Shown: positions 8,683 to 17,097, numbered from the stretch's first letter. The stretch: DNA of 47,281 bases from Alphaproteobacteria bacterium (GCA_044359885.1 JBIKLI010000001.1:1-47281), one strand, 5' to 3'. The notes: a model not told the origin generated them from the sequence alone. Translations and numbers: made by a program.

Positions 8683-9179
8683 CGCCCGCGCTTCGCAACG
8701 CCGCACCGGCCCTGCTGGCCCTGCTCGCCGCCGCCATGCTGGCCGCCGCCTTCGCCTTCGAGCACCTCGCGGGGCTCAGACCCTGCGCGCTGTGCTGGTG
8801 GCAACGCTATGCCTGGATGGCCGTGCTCGGGCTTGCGGCGCCGGCGACGTTCGCGCGCGGCCGGCTGGGGACGGTCCTGCTCGGACTTGCCGCGCTGGCG
8901 GCGCTGACCGGCGCCGCGATCGCCTTCTACCATGCCGGCGTCGAGCAGCGCTGGTGGGCGGGGACCGAGGGATGCGGCGCCACGCTCGGACCGGCGGCAA
9001 GCGCCGAGGAGCGGCTGCGCCAGCTTCTCGCCGCGCCCGTGGTGCGCTGCGACGAGATCGCCTGGTCCTTCGCCGGGCTTTCGATGGCCGCCTGGAACGG
9101 CGCCGTCGCCGCCCTGGGCGGCACACTTGCGCTCGCCGCGCTGCGGCGCCATATCGGCGGGCGCGAGGGAACGGCATGA
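8679..9179 (+). CDS. dsbB: DsbB-family disulfide bond formation protein
   Basis: The ATG at 8679 overlaps the yqaA-like stop (ATGA). The protein has four hydrophobic segments, a first Cys pair CALC followed by WWQRY, and a second Cys pair (GCGAT...VVRCDE) in the large loop. Confidence 0.75.
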   Translation: MTPALRNAAPALLALLAAAMLAAAFAFEHLAGLRPCALCWWQRYAWMAVLGLAAPATFARGRLGTVLLGLAALAALTGAAIAFYHAGVEQRWWAGTEGCGATLGPAASAEERLRQLLAAPVVRCDEIAWSFAGLSMAAWNGAVAALGGTLALAALRRHIGGREGTA

Positions 9180-9730
9180 ACGACGACGCCAAGACACGGG
9201 CCTGGCCCGGAGACGCGACGCCGGCGCAACGCCTGGCGGAGATCCTGCGCGTCGACCACGCCGGCGAGTATGGGGCCGTGCGCATCTACGAAGGCCAGCT
9301 CGCGATTCTCGGCCGCAGCGCTGCGGCGCCAGCGATACGCCGGATGATGGAACAGGAGCGCGCCCATCTGCGCGCCTTCGAGACGATGCTGCCGGCCGGA
9401 CGCGTACGCCCGACCCTGCTGACGCCGCTGTGGCATGTCGCCGGCTTCGCGCTCGGCGCCGGCACGGCGCTGATGGGCGAGAAAGCCGCGATGGCCTGCA
9501 CCGCCGCGGTCGAGGAAGTCATCGACGCGCATTACGCGGCCCAGGTCGAGGAGCTGGCCGGCAGCGATCCGGAACTGGCCCAGCAGCTGGAAGGCTTCCG
9601 CCGCGAAGAGGTCGAGCACCGCGACGAGGCGCTGGCCGCCGGGGCGCGCGAGACGCCCGGCTACGAGCCCCTCGCCGCCGCCATCAAGGCCGGCTCGCGC
9701 CTCGCCATCTGGCTTTCCACGCGGATCTGA
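9176..9730 (+). CDS. coq7: Demethoxyubiquinone hydroxylase (COQ7 family di-iron enzyme)
   Basis: The ATG at 9176 overlaps the dsbB stop (ATGA). Motifs include LRVDHAGEYGAVRIYEGQ, EQERAHL, AVEEVIDAHY and EEVEHRD, i.e. repeated E-x-x-H di-iron ligands. Confidence 0.9.
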   Translation: MNDDAKTRAWPGDATPAQRLAEILRVDHAGEYGAVRIYEGQLAILGRSAAAPAIRRMMEQERAHLRAFETMLPAGRVRPTLLTPLWHVAGFALGAGTALMGEKAAMACTAAVEEVIDAHYAAQVEELAGSDPELAQQLEGFRREEVEHRDEALAAGARETPGYEPLAAAIKAGSRLAIWLSTRI

Positions 9731-9794
9731 CCCGCTCGCGCGCGAGATCGCGGACAAGCGCGTACGCCGCGGTCCGCCGGCGACCGGCCACCCC

Positions 9795-9824
9795 GGCGCG
9801 GCGGGCCATCGACCCCGCCGCGCC
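9795..9824. terminator. 11-bp GC hairpin between convergent coq7 and an SDR gene
   Basis: GGCGCGGCGGG (9795-9805) pairs with CCCGCCGCGCC (9814-9824) across an 8-nt loop. It abuts the SDR stop codon. There is no U-tract on either strand. Confidence 0.3.
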
Positions 9825-10591
9825 TACCCCATGTAGAGGCCGCCATTCACGTCGATGGTGGCGCCGGTGACGTAGTCGCCGAGGCTGGAGGCGAGGAAGA
9901 GGACGGCCCCCGCCACATCCTCGGGCGTGCCGGTCCGCCCCAAGGCGATCTCGCGCAGGGCCTGGGCCCGGACCTCCGGCGGCGCTGCGGCGTGCTTGGT
10001 TCCCCAGTCGATCCAGCCCGGACAGACGCAATTGGCGGTGATCCCGAAGGGCGCGCCTTCGCGCGCCAGGCCCTTGGCGTAGCCGATGAGCGCCGCCTTC
10101 GCGCCGGCATAGGTGGGCGACGGGGACCGGAAGGCCTTGCCGCTGCGCCCGGTCGCCGAGCTGATGGCGATCACCTTGCCGCTGCGCCGCGCCTTCATCC
10201 CGGGAAGCACGGCGCGCGCCGTGGCCAGGAAGCCGCGGACATTGAGATCGAAGACCCGGGCAAACTCGGCGTCGCTCGTTTCGGTGATCGGCTTGGCCGT
10301 TCCCACGCCCGCGTTACTGACGAGGATGTCGATGCCGCCCCAGCGGGCCACCGCCTCGCCGATCACCGAATCGACCTCGGCGCTGTCGGTGACGTCGCAA
10401 TGGGCCAGCATCGCCTCGCCGCCCTTCGCTTCGATCGCGGCGACGGTGGCCTCGCCGGCCGCGCGGTCGGCGGCCCAGGTGACGACGACGCGCGCACCGG
10501 CCTCGCCCAGCATCAGAGCGATTCCCCGGCCGATTCCGCGGGACGAGGACGTGACGAGGGCGACGCGCCCTCCCAGATCGATCGACAGCAT
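9824..10591 (-). CDS. SDR-family oxidoreductase (FabG-like)
   Basis: 255 aa with VALVTSSSRGIGRGIA, NAG, and YAGAKAAL (Y-x3-K). It starts 4 nt after the stop of the upstream binding-protein gene. Confidence 0.85.
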   Translation of the reverse strand: MLSIDLGGRVALVTSSSRGIGRGIALMLGEAGARVVVTWAADRAAGEATVAAIEAKGGEAMLAHCDVTDSAEVDSVIGEAVARWGGIDILVSNAGVGTAKPITETSDAEFARVFDLNVRGFLATARAVLPGMKARRSGKVIAISSATGRSGKAFRSPSPTYAGAKAALIGYAKGLAREGAPFGITANCVCPGWIDWGTKHAAAPPEVRAQALREIALGRTGTPEDVAGAVLFLASSLGDYVTGATIDVNGGLYMG

Positions 10592-10595
10592 CGCC

Positions 10596-11906
10596 TCACC
10601 CCGCCAGAAGAGGTGCGGTGCGGCGCCGGAGCTCGGCGACGCCGTCGGCGGGCGAGAGCTGGCCGATCACCACCGCCTGGGTCGTCTGCATCATCACGTC
10701 GGCGGCCTGCTGCGCCTTGTCGAAAAGCGGCAGCGGCGGCCGGGCATAGGGCAGCACACGCGCCTCGACCGCGGCGGACGGGGCCGCCGACATCAGGCGC
10801 GGATCGGCATAGGCCGACGCGCGCACCGGGCCGTTGCCGTTCAGCGCCTGGCGGATCGTCGCCTGCTTGCCGGACAGCTCGCGCATCAGCGACCAGGCCA
10901 GCGCCTTGTTTCGCGAATTGCGCGGGATGCCCATCGACCAGAAATCCGACGTCGCGACCACCGGCACGCGCGCGGCGAGCGACGCCGCCGCGACCGCCGG
11001 CGTCAGCTTGATCCGTCCGGGGAAGCGCGATTTCTGTGGATCGTTGAAATCGGCGTGGCGACCCATGATCGCCAGCACCATCGCCGCACGGCCGTTCTGG
11101 ATCATCGTGAACACGTCGTCCTGGCCCATGGCGGTGAAATTGCGTGGCAGGACGCCGCGCTGGAACATCCCGCGCAGGGTCTCGTACATGCGCACCATGC
11201 CCGCTTCGTTCGGCAGCAGGGTCATGGCCGGATCGATCAGCGGCGCATCGAACCCGAACGCCATCGTCAGCATGTTGAAATGCGAATTGCCCTGGAACGC
11301 GAAGCCGTGCACCGGCGTGCCGTCGGCGCGCGTGTAGGTCAGGCGCTGGGCATGCTCGACCAGTTCCTCCATCGTCGTCGGCGGCCCGGACAGGCCCCGC
11401 TCGGCGAGCAGTTCCTCGTTGTAGAAGAGGCCCACCGTGGCATGGCGGATCGGCAGCGCGCGCAGGCTGCCCTCCAGCGTGACCGCGCGCATCATCCCGG
11501 CGGAGATGTCGGCGGGATCCTCGAGCGGCGCCGCCGCGATCAACGGCTCCAGCGGCTCCAGCTGACGCAGCAGCCGCGCGGAGATGGCCGTGTTCGCCGC
11601 GTAGGCGAGGTCGATGCTCGTCTCGCCCAGGCTGAGCTCGCGCTGCAGCCGGTCGTGGATCGGCGCCACGTCCAGCGTGATCCAGGCCAGGCGGCGGTTG
11701 TTCCGCCGCGCCCATTCCGCGGTGACGTCCCCGCCCGGACGGTTGGCGTCGGTCGCCACCTGCTGGTGCACCCGGTGGGCGAGGATGTTGAACGCTTCGG
11801 CGGTCTGCGCGCGCGCCGGACGTCCGGCAAGACCCGTCAGCGCGGCCGCGCTTGCCCCGCCCTGCAACACGCGCCGGCGGCGCATGGCTCCATCGACGAT
11901 CTTCAT
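10596..11906 (-). CDS. ABC transporter substrate-binding protein (family 1) with Tat signal
   Basis: 436 aa. The N-terminus MKIVDGAMRRRRVLQGGASAAALTGLAGRPARAQ carries a twin-arginine signal. A GGGGAGGGG Shine-Dalgarno sequence lies upstream of the ATG at 11906. Confidence 0.85.
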   Translation of the reverse strand: MKIVDGAMRRRRVLQGGASAAALTGLAGRPARAQTAEAFNILAHRVHQQVATDANRPGGDVTAEWARRNNRRLAWITLDVAPIHDRLQRELSLGETSIDLAYAANTAISARLLRQLEPLEPLIAAAPLEDPADISAGMMRAVTLEGSLRALPIRHATVGLFYNEELLAERGLSGPPTTMEELVEHAQRLTYTRADGTPVHGFAFQGNSHFNMLTMAFGFDAPLIDPAMTLLPNEAGMVRMYETLRGMFQRGVLPRNFTAMGQDDVFTMIQNGRAAMVLAIMGRHADFNDPQKSRFPGRIKLTPAVAAASLAARVPVVATSDFWSMGIPRNSRNKALAWSLMRELSGKQATIRQALNGNGPVRASAYADPRLMSAAPSAAVEARVLPYARPPLPLFDKAQQAADVMMQTTQAVVIGQLSPADGVAELRRRTAPLLAG

Positions 11907-12035
11907 GTTTCCGCCCCTCCCCAGGCAATGGAAACTCCCCCATCGACCGTTCTAGACGCGCAGCGGAGGGCTGTCGAGAACACCGCAACGGCGCGGATTC
12001 ATCCATCTGCCGCGCGGGCGCCACGGTGCTGCCTT

Positions 12036-12060
12036 GGAACGAAGTTGATTTCCGTGCGTT
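12036..12060 (+). promoter_or_regulatory. EcfG-type (general stress response sigma factor) promoter candidate
   Basis: GGAAC (12036-12040), a 16-nt spacer, then CGTT (12057-12060). This is an exact match to the alphaproteobacterial EcfG/SigT consensus GGAAC-N16-17-CGTT. It sits 44 nt upstream of the ATG at 12105. Confidence 0.45.
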
Positions 12061-12104
12061 GTCGAGGCGCGGGCCCATTCGGCTCGCAGGGCAGGAGCAG
12101 GAAG

Positions 12105-12305
12105 ATGGACGCCGATCTCGTCTTCGCCGATTGCAGCGCCGGCGAGCCCATGCTCGACGAATTGCTGGCCGATCCGGTCCTGCACGCGATCCTCCGTCGC
12201 GACGGGCTCAGCCTCGGCGACCTGGAGGCGGCGATCGCCGTCGCGCGGGCGCGTCTGGCCTGCATCCCGGACGATCAGGACGGATCGAGTTCGCTGTCCC
12301 AGTAG
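12105..12305 (+). CDS. Small hypothetical protein (66 aa)
   Basis: ATG start preceded by GGAGCAGGAAG. Third codon positions are overwhelmingly G/C, as in the real genes of this window. The sequence is MDADLVFADCSAGEPMLDELLADPVLHAILRRDGLSLGDLEAAI..., and I recognise no family. Confidence 0.55.
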   Translation: MDADLVFADCSAGEPMLDELLADPVLHAILRRDGLSLGDLEAAIAVARARLACIPDDQDGSSSLSQ

Positions 12306-12832
12306 AGGAAGTCGCGCCAGCTGGCATGAAGGAAGCCGGGCGGGAACGCCCGTCCGTTTTCCTTCAGCAGGTGCGGATCCGGGGCGAAGGCGCCGGCGCG
12401 CGGGAACATCCGCGCCTCGGCCGGCGTCCGGTTGCCCTTCTCCAGGTTGCAGCAGCTGCACGCGGTCACGACATTCGTCCAGGTCGTGGCCCCGCCGCGC
12501 GAGCGCGGGATGATGTGGTCGAAGGTGAGGTCCTGGGTCGGAAACGACTGGCCGCAATACTGGCAGCAGAACCGGTCGCGCAGGAACACATTGAAGCGCG
12601 TGAAGGCGGGCCGGCGCTCCGCGGCGACATATTCCTTGAGCGAGATGACCGAGGGCAGGCGCATCTCGCGGCTGGGAGAGCGGATCGTGCGATCGTATTC
12701 GGAGACGATGTTGACGCGGCCGAGGAACACCGCCTTCACCGCTTCCTGCCAGGGCCAGAGGGACAGCGGGAAATAGCTCAGCGGGCGGAAATCCGCGTTG
12801 AGCACCAGGGCGGGACAGGCCTCGACCGACAA
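12275..12832 (-). CDS. HNH endonuclease (McrA-like, COG1403 type)
   Basis: CQYCG...DHIIPRSRGGATTWTNVVTACSCCNLEKGNRTP is an HNH/zinc-finger motif. There is no ATG before the conserved LVLNADFRPL block. I prefer the TTG at 12832, which is preceded by GAGG at 7-nt spacing and gives 185 aa. The maximal ORF starts at a TTG at 12898. Confidence 0.8.
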   Translation of the reverse strand: MSVEACPALVLNADFRPLSYFPLSLWPWQEAVKAVFLGRVNIVSEYDRTIRSPSREMRLPSVISLKEYVAAERRPAFTRFNVFLRDRFCCQYCGQSFPTQDLTFDHIIPRSRGGATTWTNVVTACSCCNLEKGNRTPAEARMFPRAGAFAPDPHLLKENGRAFPPGFLHASWRDFLYWDSELDPS

Positions 12833-12945
12833 AGGGTCACCTCGCCATCGCTGTTGCCGACGGCGCGGCGGCGCGACGCGCCGCCGCTCCTCCCACAATA
12901 GCTAGGACGAGTCGCCGCCCGAAACAACCGGATCAGCGGGGCGGC

Positions 12946-13608
12946 TCAGCGAGGCAGGCGACGCGCCAGGAAGGCACCCGCCTTTTCAAGGCCCTGCGGA
13001 TCGATCGAATGGGCAAGACCCGGCCGGCGCTCGGTCGCGACCTCGATCCCGGCGGCCACGAGCGCCGCGCGGGCCTGGTCCATCGCGGCGAAGGGGACGA
13101 CCGGATCGGCGTCGCCATGGACCAGCAGCACCGGCGGGCGGGCGCGCAGCTCCGCGCCCAGTGCGGCGGCGCCGACGAGCGCACCCGAGAAACCGACCAC
13201 GGCGGCAGGCGCCCGCGCCCGGCGTAGCGCGACATGCAGCGACATCATCGTGCCCTGGGAAAAGCCGACCAGCGCCAGCGCCGAATCGTCCAGGCGGTGA
13301 GCCTCCAGCGTCGCGTCGAGGAAGGCGTCCAGGATCGGCGCCGCCGCGGCCACGCCTGCTTGCAGCCGGTCGGGGTCGCGATCCTGCAGGCTGAACCACT
13401 GACGGCCGTAGGGCGCCATGTCGCACGGGAACGGCGCGTGCGGCGAGACGAAGACCGTTCCGGGCAGCCGCGCCGCCCAATGTGGCGCCAGGTCGATCAG
13501 GTCGTTGCCGTCGGCGCCAAGGCCATGAAGCAGCACGACCAGCGAACGCGCGCGCCCGCCGGCGGCAGGACCATAGGTGGGACCGTCGAGGGTGAAGAAT
13601 GCGCTCAT
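12946..13608 (-). CDS. Alpha/beta hydrolase (phospholipase/carboxylesterase family)
   Basis: 220 aa with LVVLLHGLGADGNDL, the nucleophile elbow GFSQG, and LLVHGDADPVVP. Confidence 0.85.
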   Translation of the reverse strand: MSAFFTLDGPTYGPAAGGRARSLVVLLHGLGADGNDLIDLAPHWAARLPGTVFVSPHAPFPCDMAPYGRQWFSLQDRDPDRLQAGVAAAAPILDAFLDATLEAHRLDDSALALVGFSQGTMMSLHVALRRARAPAAVVGFSGALVGAAALGAELRARPPVLLVHGDADPVVPFAAMDQARAALVAAGIEVATERRPGLAHSIDPQGLEKAGAFLARRLPR

Positions 13609-13649
13609 CCGGACTTGCTAGCCGAAGAGGCGTGGTAGCGTCGAGGGCC

Positions 13650-14489
13650 ATGACCGTCGTCACGCGCTTCGCCCCGTCGCCGACCGGCCTGCTGCATCGC
13701 GGCCACGCCTATTCGGCGCTGTTCGCCGCCGACGCGGCGCGGCGCGCCGGCGGCCGTTTCCTGCTCAGGATCGAGGATATCGATCCCGGACGCTGCCGGC
13801 CGCCTTTCGTCGCTGCGATCCTCGAGGACCTCGCCTGGCTCGGTCTGGTCTGGGAACAGCCGGTCCGGCGGCAATCGGCGCATATGCGGGACTATCGCGC
13901 GGCACTCGAACGGCTCGCCGGGCACGGCGTCCTCTATCCCTGCTTCTGCACGCGCAAGGACATCGCCGCCGAGATCGCGCGGGCCGGCGCCGCCCCCCAC
14001 GGGCCCGAAGGCCCCGTCTATCCCGGCACCTGCCGCGCCCTGCCCCCCGCCGAAGCGGCACGGCGGACCGCACGCGGCGACGCCCATGCGCTGCGGCTCG
14101 ACATCGCCAGGGCGCTCGCGCTGACCGGTCCCCTGACCTGGCGCGACCGGGCGGCGGGACTGTGCGCGGCCGATCCGGGCGCGCTGGGCGACGTCGTGCT
14201 GGCGCGCAAGGAGATGCCGGCCAGCTACCATCTGGCGGTCACGGTCGACGACGCGCTGCAGGGCGTCACCCTCGTCACCCGCGGCGCCGACCTGTTCCAC
14301 GCCACCCATGTCCACCGCCTGCTCCAGGCGCTGCTGGACCTCCCCGTCCCGGAATGGCATCACCACCGTCTGCTCGCCGGCCCCGACGGCGAGCGCCTCG
14401 CCAAGCGCAGCGGCGCGCCGAGTCTGGCATCGTTGCGTGCGGCAGGTGCCGATCCCAGGGCGCTGCGGGCCGAACTGGGCTTCGCGTGA
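13650..14489 (+). CDS. gluQ: Glutamyl-Q tRNA(Asp) synthetase
   Basis: RFAPSPTGLLHRGHAYSAL (HIGH-type motif) and LLRIEDID. At 279 aa it is a truncated GluRS catalytic domain with no anticodon-binding domain. Confidence 0.9.
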   Translation: MTVVTRFAPSPTGLLHRGHAYSALFAADAARRAGGRFLLRIEDIDPGRCRPPFVAAILEDLAWLGLVWEQPVRRQSAHMRDYRAALERLAGHGVLYPCFCTRKDIAAEIARAGAAPHGPEGPVYPGTCRALPPAEAARRTARGDAHALRLDIARALALTGPLTWRDRAAGLCAADPGALGDVVLARKEMPASYHLAVTVDDALQGVTLVTRGADLFHATHVHRLLQALLDLPVPEWHHHRLLAGPDGERLAKRSGAPSLASLRAAGADPRALRAELGFA

Positions 14490-14572
14490 CCGTGACGGCA
14501 TGGCCGGCGGCGCCGGCAGGCCCCATATTCGATCCCCGGACCGGCGGACGTCAGGAAGGGACGGAGACGGCA

Positions 14573-15376
14573 ATGGGCGAACCGGATCGCGCCGCGCGAC
14601 GACATGGCGCGGCGACATGGCGTCTGTTGCGGCGCGCGGCGCTCGTGCTCGGTCTGCTTCTGGCCGGGCCTGCCGTCAGCCTGCTGGCCGATGGCCGCGC
14701 CGCGGCGGACTGGCGCGGCGCCAGCCGCGAACCCGTCGGACTCGCGCCGGATCCGGCGCTTTCCCCACAGGCGATGGTGCATGTCTACGGCGCGCGCGCC
14801 GTCGGATGGCGCGGTGCCTTCGGGGTCCACACGTGGATCGCGGTCAAGCCGCGCGACGCCGCCGACTGGACCAGCTACCAGATCATCGGTTGGCGGGCGC
14901 TGCGCGGCGGCGACGCGCTCGCGGTCTCGAACGGCGCCCCGGACCGCCGCTGGTTCGGCGCCAGGCCCGAGCTCTACGCGGCGCTGACGGGCGAGGCCGC
15001 CGAAGCGGCGATCGATCGCATCCGGACCGCCGCCGAGGCCTATCCCCATCGGCGCAGCTACACGCTCTGGCCGGGCCCGAACTCGAACACCTTCACGGCG
15101 ACCATCGCGCGCACGGTTCCCGAACTGCGCCTCGACCTGCCTGCGACCGCCATCGGCAAGGACTATCTCGGCGCCACCACCTTCGCCGCCGCCGCCCCGA
15201 GCGGCACCGGCTACCAGCTCTCGCTCTGGGGGCTGTTCGGGATCACGCTGGCACGCGAGGAAGGCGTCGAGATCAACATCGCCGGCCTGGGCTTCGGGGT
15301 CGACCCGATGGGTCTGGCCCTGCGTCTGCCCGGGATCGGGCGCATCGGCCCGGACGAGGATCCGCGCCGCGAATAG
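14573..15376 (+). CDS. DUF3750-family membrane-anchored protein
   Basis: The ATG at 14573 is followed by an N-terminal hydrophobic anchor (LLRRAALVLGLLLAGPAVSLLA). Conserved blocks VHTWIAVKP and YTLWPGPNSNTF match my memory of DUF3750. Confidence 0.7.
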   Translation: MGEPDRAARRHGAATWRLLRRAALVLGLLLAGPAVSLLADGRAAADWRGASREPVGLAPDPALSPQAMVHVYGARAVGWRGAFGVHTWIAVKPRDAADWTSYQIIGWRALRGGDALAVSNGAPDRRWFGARPELYAALTGEAAEAAIDRIRTAAEAYPHRRSYTLWPGPNSNTFTATIARTVPELRLDLPATAIGKDYLGATTFAAAAPSGTGYQLSLWGLFGITLAREEGVEINIAGLGFGVDPMGLALRLPGIGRIGPDEDPRRE

Positions 15377-15384
15377 GCGCCGGC

Positions 15385-16701
15385 TCACGCGCGGCGCGGC
15401 ACGTCGTCGGCCTCGTCGCCGGCGATGCCGGGCGCGCCCGGGATCCCCTCGGGCTGCGCTTCCACCGCGCGCAGGCCCCGCTCGATCGCGCGCGTCCGGC
15501 GACCGAGTTCGGCGAACCTGTCGGCGGCGCTGTCGATCGAACGCTTGGTCGCGTCCACGACCTCGCCGAATTTGCGGAACTCGGTCTTGACGGTACCCAG
15601 CAGGGTCCACACTTCCGAGGAACGTCTTTCGATCGCCAGCGTCCGGAAGCCCAGCCGCAGGCTGTTCAGCGTCGCGGCCAGCGTGGTCGGGCCGGCGAGG
15701 ACGACGCGGTGCTCGTTCTGCAGGGACTCCGCGAAGCCGGGAATGCGCAGCGCCTCGGCGAACAGGCCTTCGGTCGGGACGAACAGGATCGCGAAATCGG
15801 TGGTGTGCGGCGGGCTCAGATACTTGCCCGCGATCTTGCGCGCCTCGGCGCGCAGCGATGCCTCGAAGGCCGCCTCCGCGCGCTGGATCTGCGATCTGTC
15901 CAGGGTCTCGTGCGCGTCGAGCAGGCGCTGATAGTCCTCGACCGGATACTTGGAATCGATCGGCAGCCAGACCGGTTCGCTGTCCGTGCGTCCGGGCATG
16001 CGGATGGCGAACTCGACGATGCCGTCGCTGCCGGGCACGGGCTTGACGTTGCGCGCGTACTGGTCGGGCGTCAGCAGCGTCTCGACGATCGCTCCCAGCT
16101 GCAGCTCGCCCCAGGTCCCGCGCGCCCGGACATTTCCCATCACCCGCTTGAGGTCGCCGACGCTGCCGGCCAGGCTGCGCATCTCGCCCAGGCCGCTATG
16201 GACCTGCTCCAGGCGTTCGCTGACCAGCCGGAAGGATTCGCCCAGCCGCTGTTCCAGCGTCGCCTGCAGCCGCTCGTCGACGGTCTGGCGCATCTCGTCC
16301 AGCTTGCGCGCGCTGTCCGCCCGGATCTCCTCGAGGCGTGTGGCCAGCGTGCCCGACAGCCGCGTCTCGAAGGTCGCGAAGGCCTCGGCCATCTCGCGGC
16401 GACCGCTGCGCCCCTCCTCGACCGATTGCAGCAGCTTCGCCTCGACCGCCATGCGAAGCGACTCGCCGCCCGCGCGCAGCTCGGTCTCCAGCCCCTGGAC
16501 AGTGTCGGCCAGCGCCGCGACCCGCCCCTCCGCGCGCCCCAGGCCCTGCTGCAGCGCCGCGACATCGCCCGCCAGAACGCGCAGCCGCGCTTCGAGATCC
16601 GCCGGCGTCTCGAAGCGCGGACGACGCAGCAGCAGCGTCAGGGTCAGGGCCGCATTGACGGCGACCGCCGCGGCGAGAAACCAGAGCGACATGTCGTCCA
16701 T
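15385..16701 (-). CDS. rmuC: DNA recombination protein RmuC
   Basis: 438 aa with an N-terminal TM helix, a long coiled-coil-like region, and an RmuC core (NVRARGTWGELQLGAIVE...FAILFVPTEGLF). Confidence 0.9.
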   Translation of the reverse strand: MDDMSLWFLAAAVAVNAALTLTLLLRRPRFETPADLEARLRVLAGDVAALQQGLGRAEGRVAALADTVQGLETELRAGGESLRMAVEAKLLQSVEEGRSGRREMAEAFATFETRLSGTLATRLEEIRADSARKLDEMRQTVDERLQATLEQRLGESFRLVSERLEQVHSGLGEMRSLAGSVGDLKRVMGNVRARGTWGELQLGAIVETLLTPDQYARNVKPVPGSDGIVEFAIRMPGRTDSEPVWLPIDSKYPVEDYQRLLDAHETLDRSQIQRAEAAFEASLRAEARKIAGKYLSPPHTTDFAILFVPTEGLFAEALRIPGFAESLQNEHRVVLAGPTTLAATLNSLRLGFRTLAIERRSSEVWTLLGTVKTEFRKFGEVVDATKRSIDSAADRFAELGRRTRAIERGLRAVEAQPEGIPGAPGIAGDEADDVPRRA

Positions 16702-16832
16702 GATCCCTCGACCGCGCGCAGGGTCTTTTTCCGGCGCCCGGCTGCCGGATCGCCGTCACGCCCGGGCGGAGGTCCTGGATCCGTTTTTCCGGCACCGCCG
16801 ATCGGCGCGGCCAAGGCCGCCACAGGCAGGAT

Positions 16833-16908
16833 TGGTGGAGCTGAACGGGATCGAACCGTCGACCTCCTCATTGCGAACGAGGCGCTCTCCCAGCTGAGCT
16901 ACAGCCCC
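16833..16908 (-). tRNA. tRNA-Ala (anticodon CGC)
   Basis: The reverse complement is GGGGCTGTAGCTCAGCTGGGAGAGCGCCTCGTTCGCAATGAGGAGGTCGACGGTTCGATCCCGTTCAGCTCCACCA (76 nt). It folds as a full cloverleaf with the G3:U70 alanine identity pair, anticodon loop TTCGCAA and an encoded CCA. Confidence 0.95.
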
Positions 16909-16929
16909 ACCGGTCCGGAAGAGGGCCGG

Positions 16930-16957
16930 ATAATAGGCGCGGGCACCCGCGTGTCAA
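16930..16957 (-). promoter_or_regulatory. Sigma-70-type promoter for tRNA-Ala
   Basis: The minus strand reads TTGACA (16957-16952), a 16-nt spacer, then TATTAT (16935-16930). The -10 element ends 21 nt upstream of the mature tRNA 5' end. Confidence 0.5.
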
Positions 16958-17097
16958 GACATCGCCCGGCAACCGCAGCCGTTGCCGGCATCCGGGCAAA
17001 AACCGCGCGGCCCCAATATGTTGCCGCGGCGCCGGCGCGTCGTGTACGCTTTGCGCGCCGAACGATTCAACCGTTCACGCCCACCAGGACACGCGCC

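Noticed and set aside
12034-12050. A sigma-54-like TGGAAC-N5-TGA element upstream of the 66-aa gene.
   Set aside because: The GG and GC dinucleotides are not at the required 10-nt spacing, and the -12 element reads TTGA rather than TTGC. The same bases fit the EcfG consensus exactly.
16966-16990. An 8-bp hairpin, CCGGCAAC-N7-GTTGCCGG, between the tRNA promoter and yggT.
   Set aside because: No gene ends next to it on either strand and it has no U-tract, so I cannot assign a function. Short GC hairpins are frequent in this composition.
16702-17097. A genomic island or prophage integration at tRNA-Ala.
   Set aside because: Both flanks are conserved housekeeping genes (rmuC, yggT, folD). There is no integrase, no repeat of the tRNA 3' end within the window and no compositional shift.
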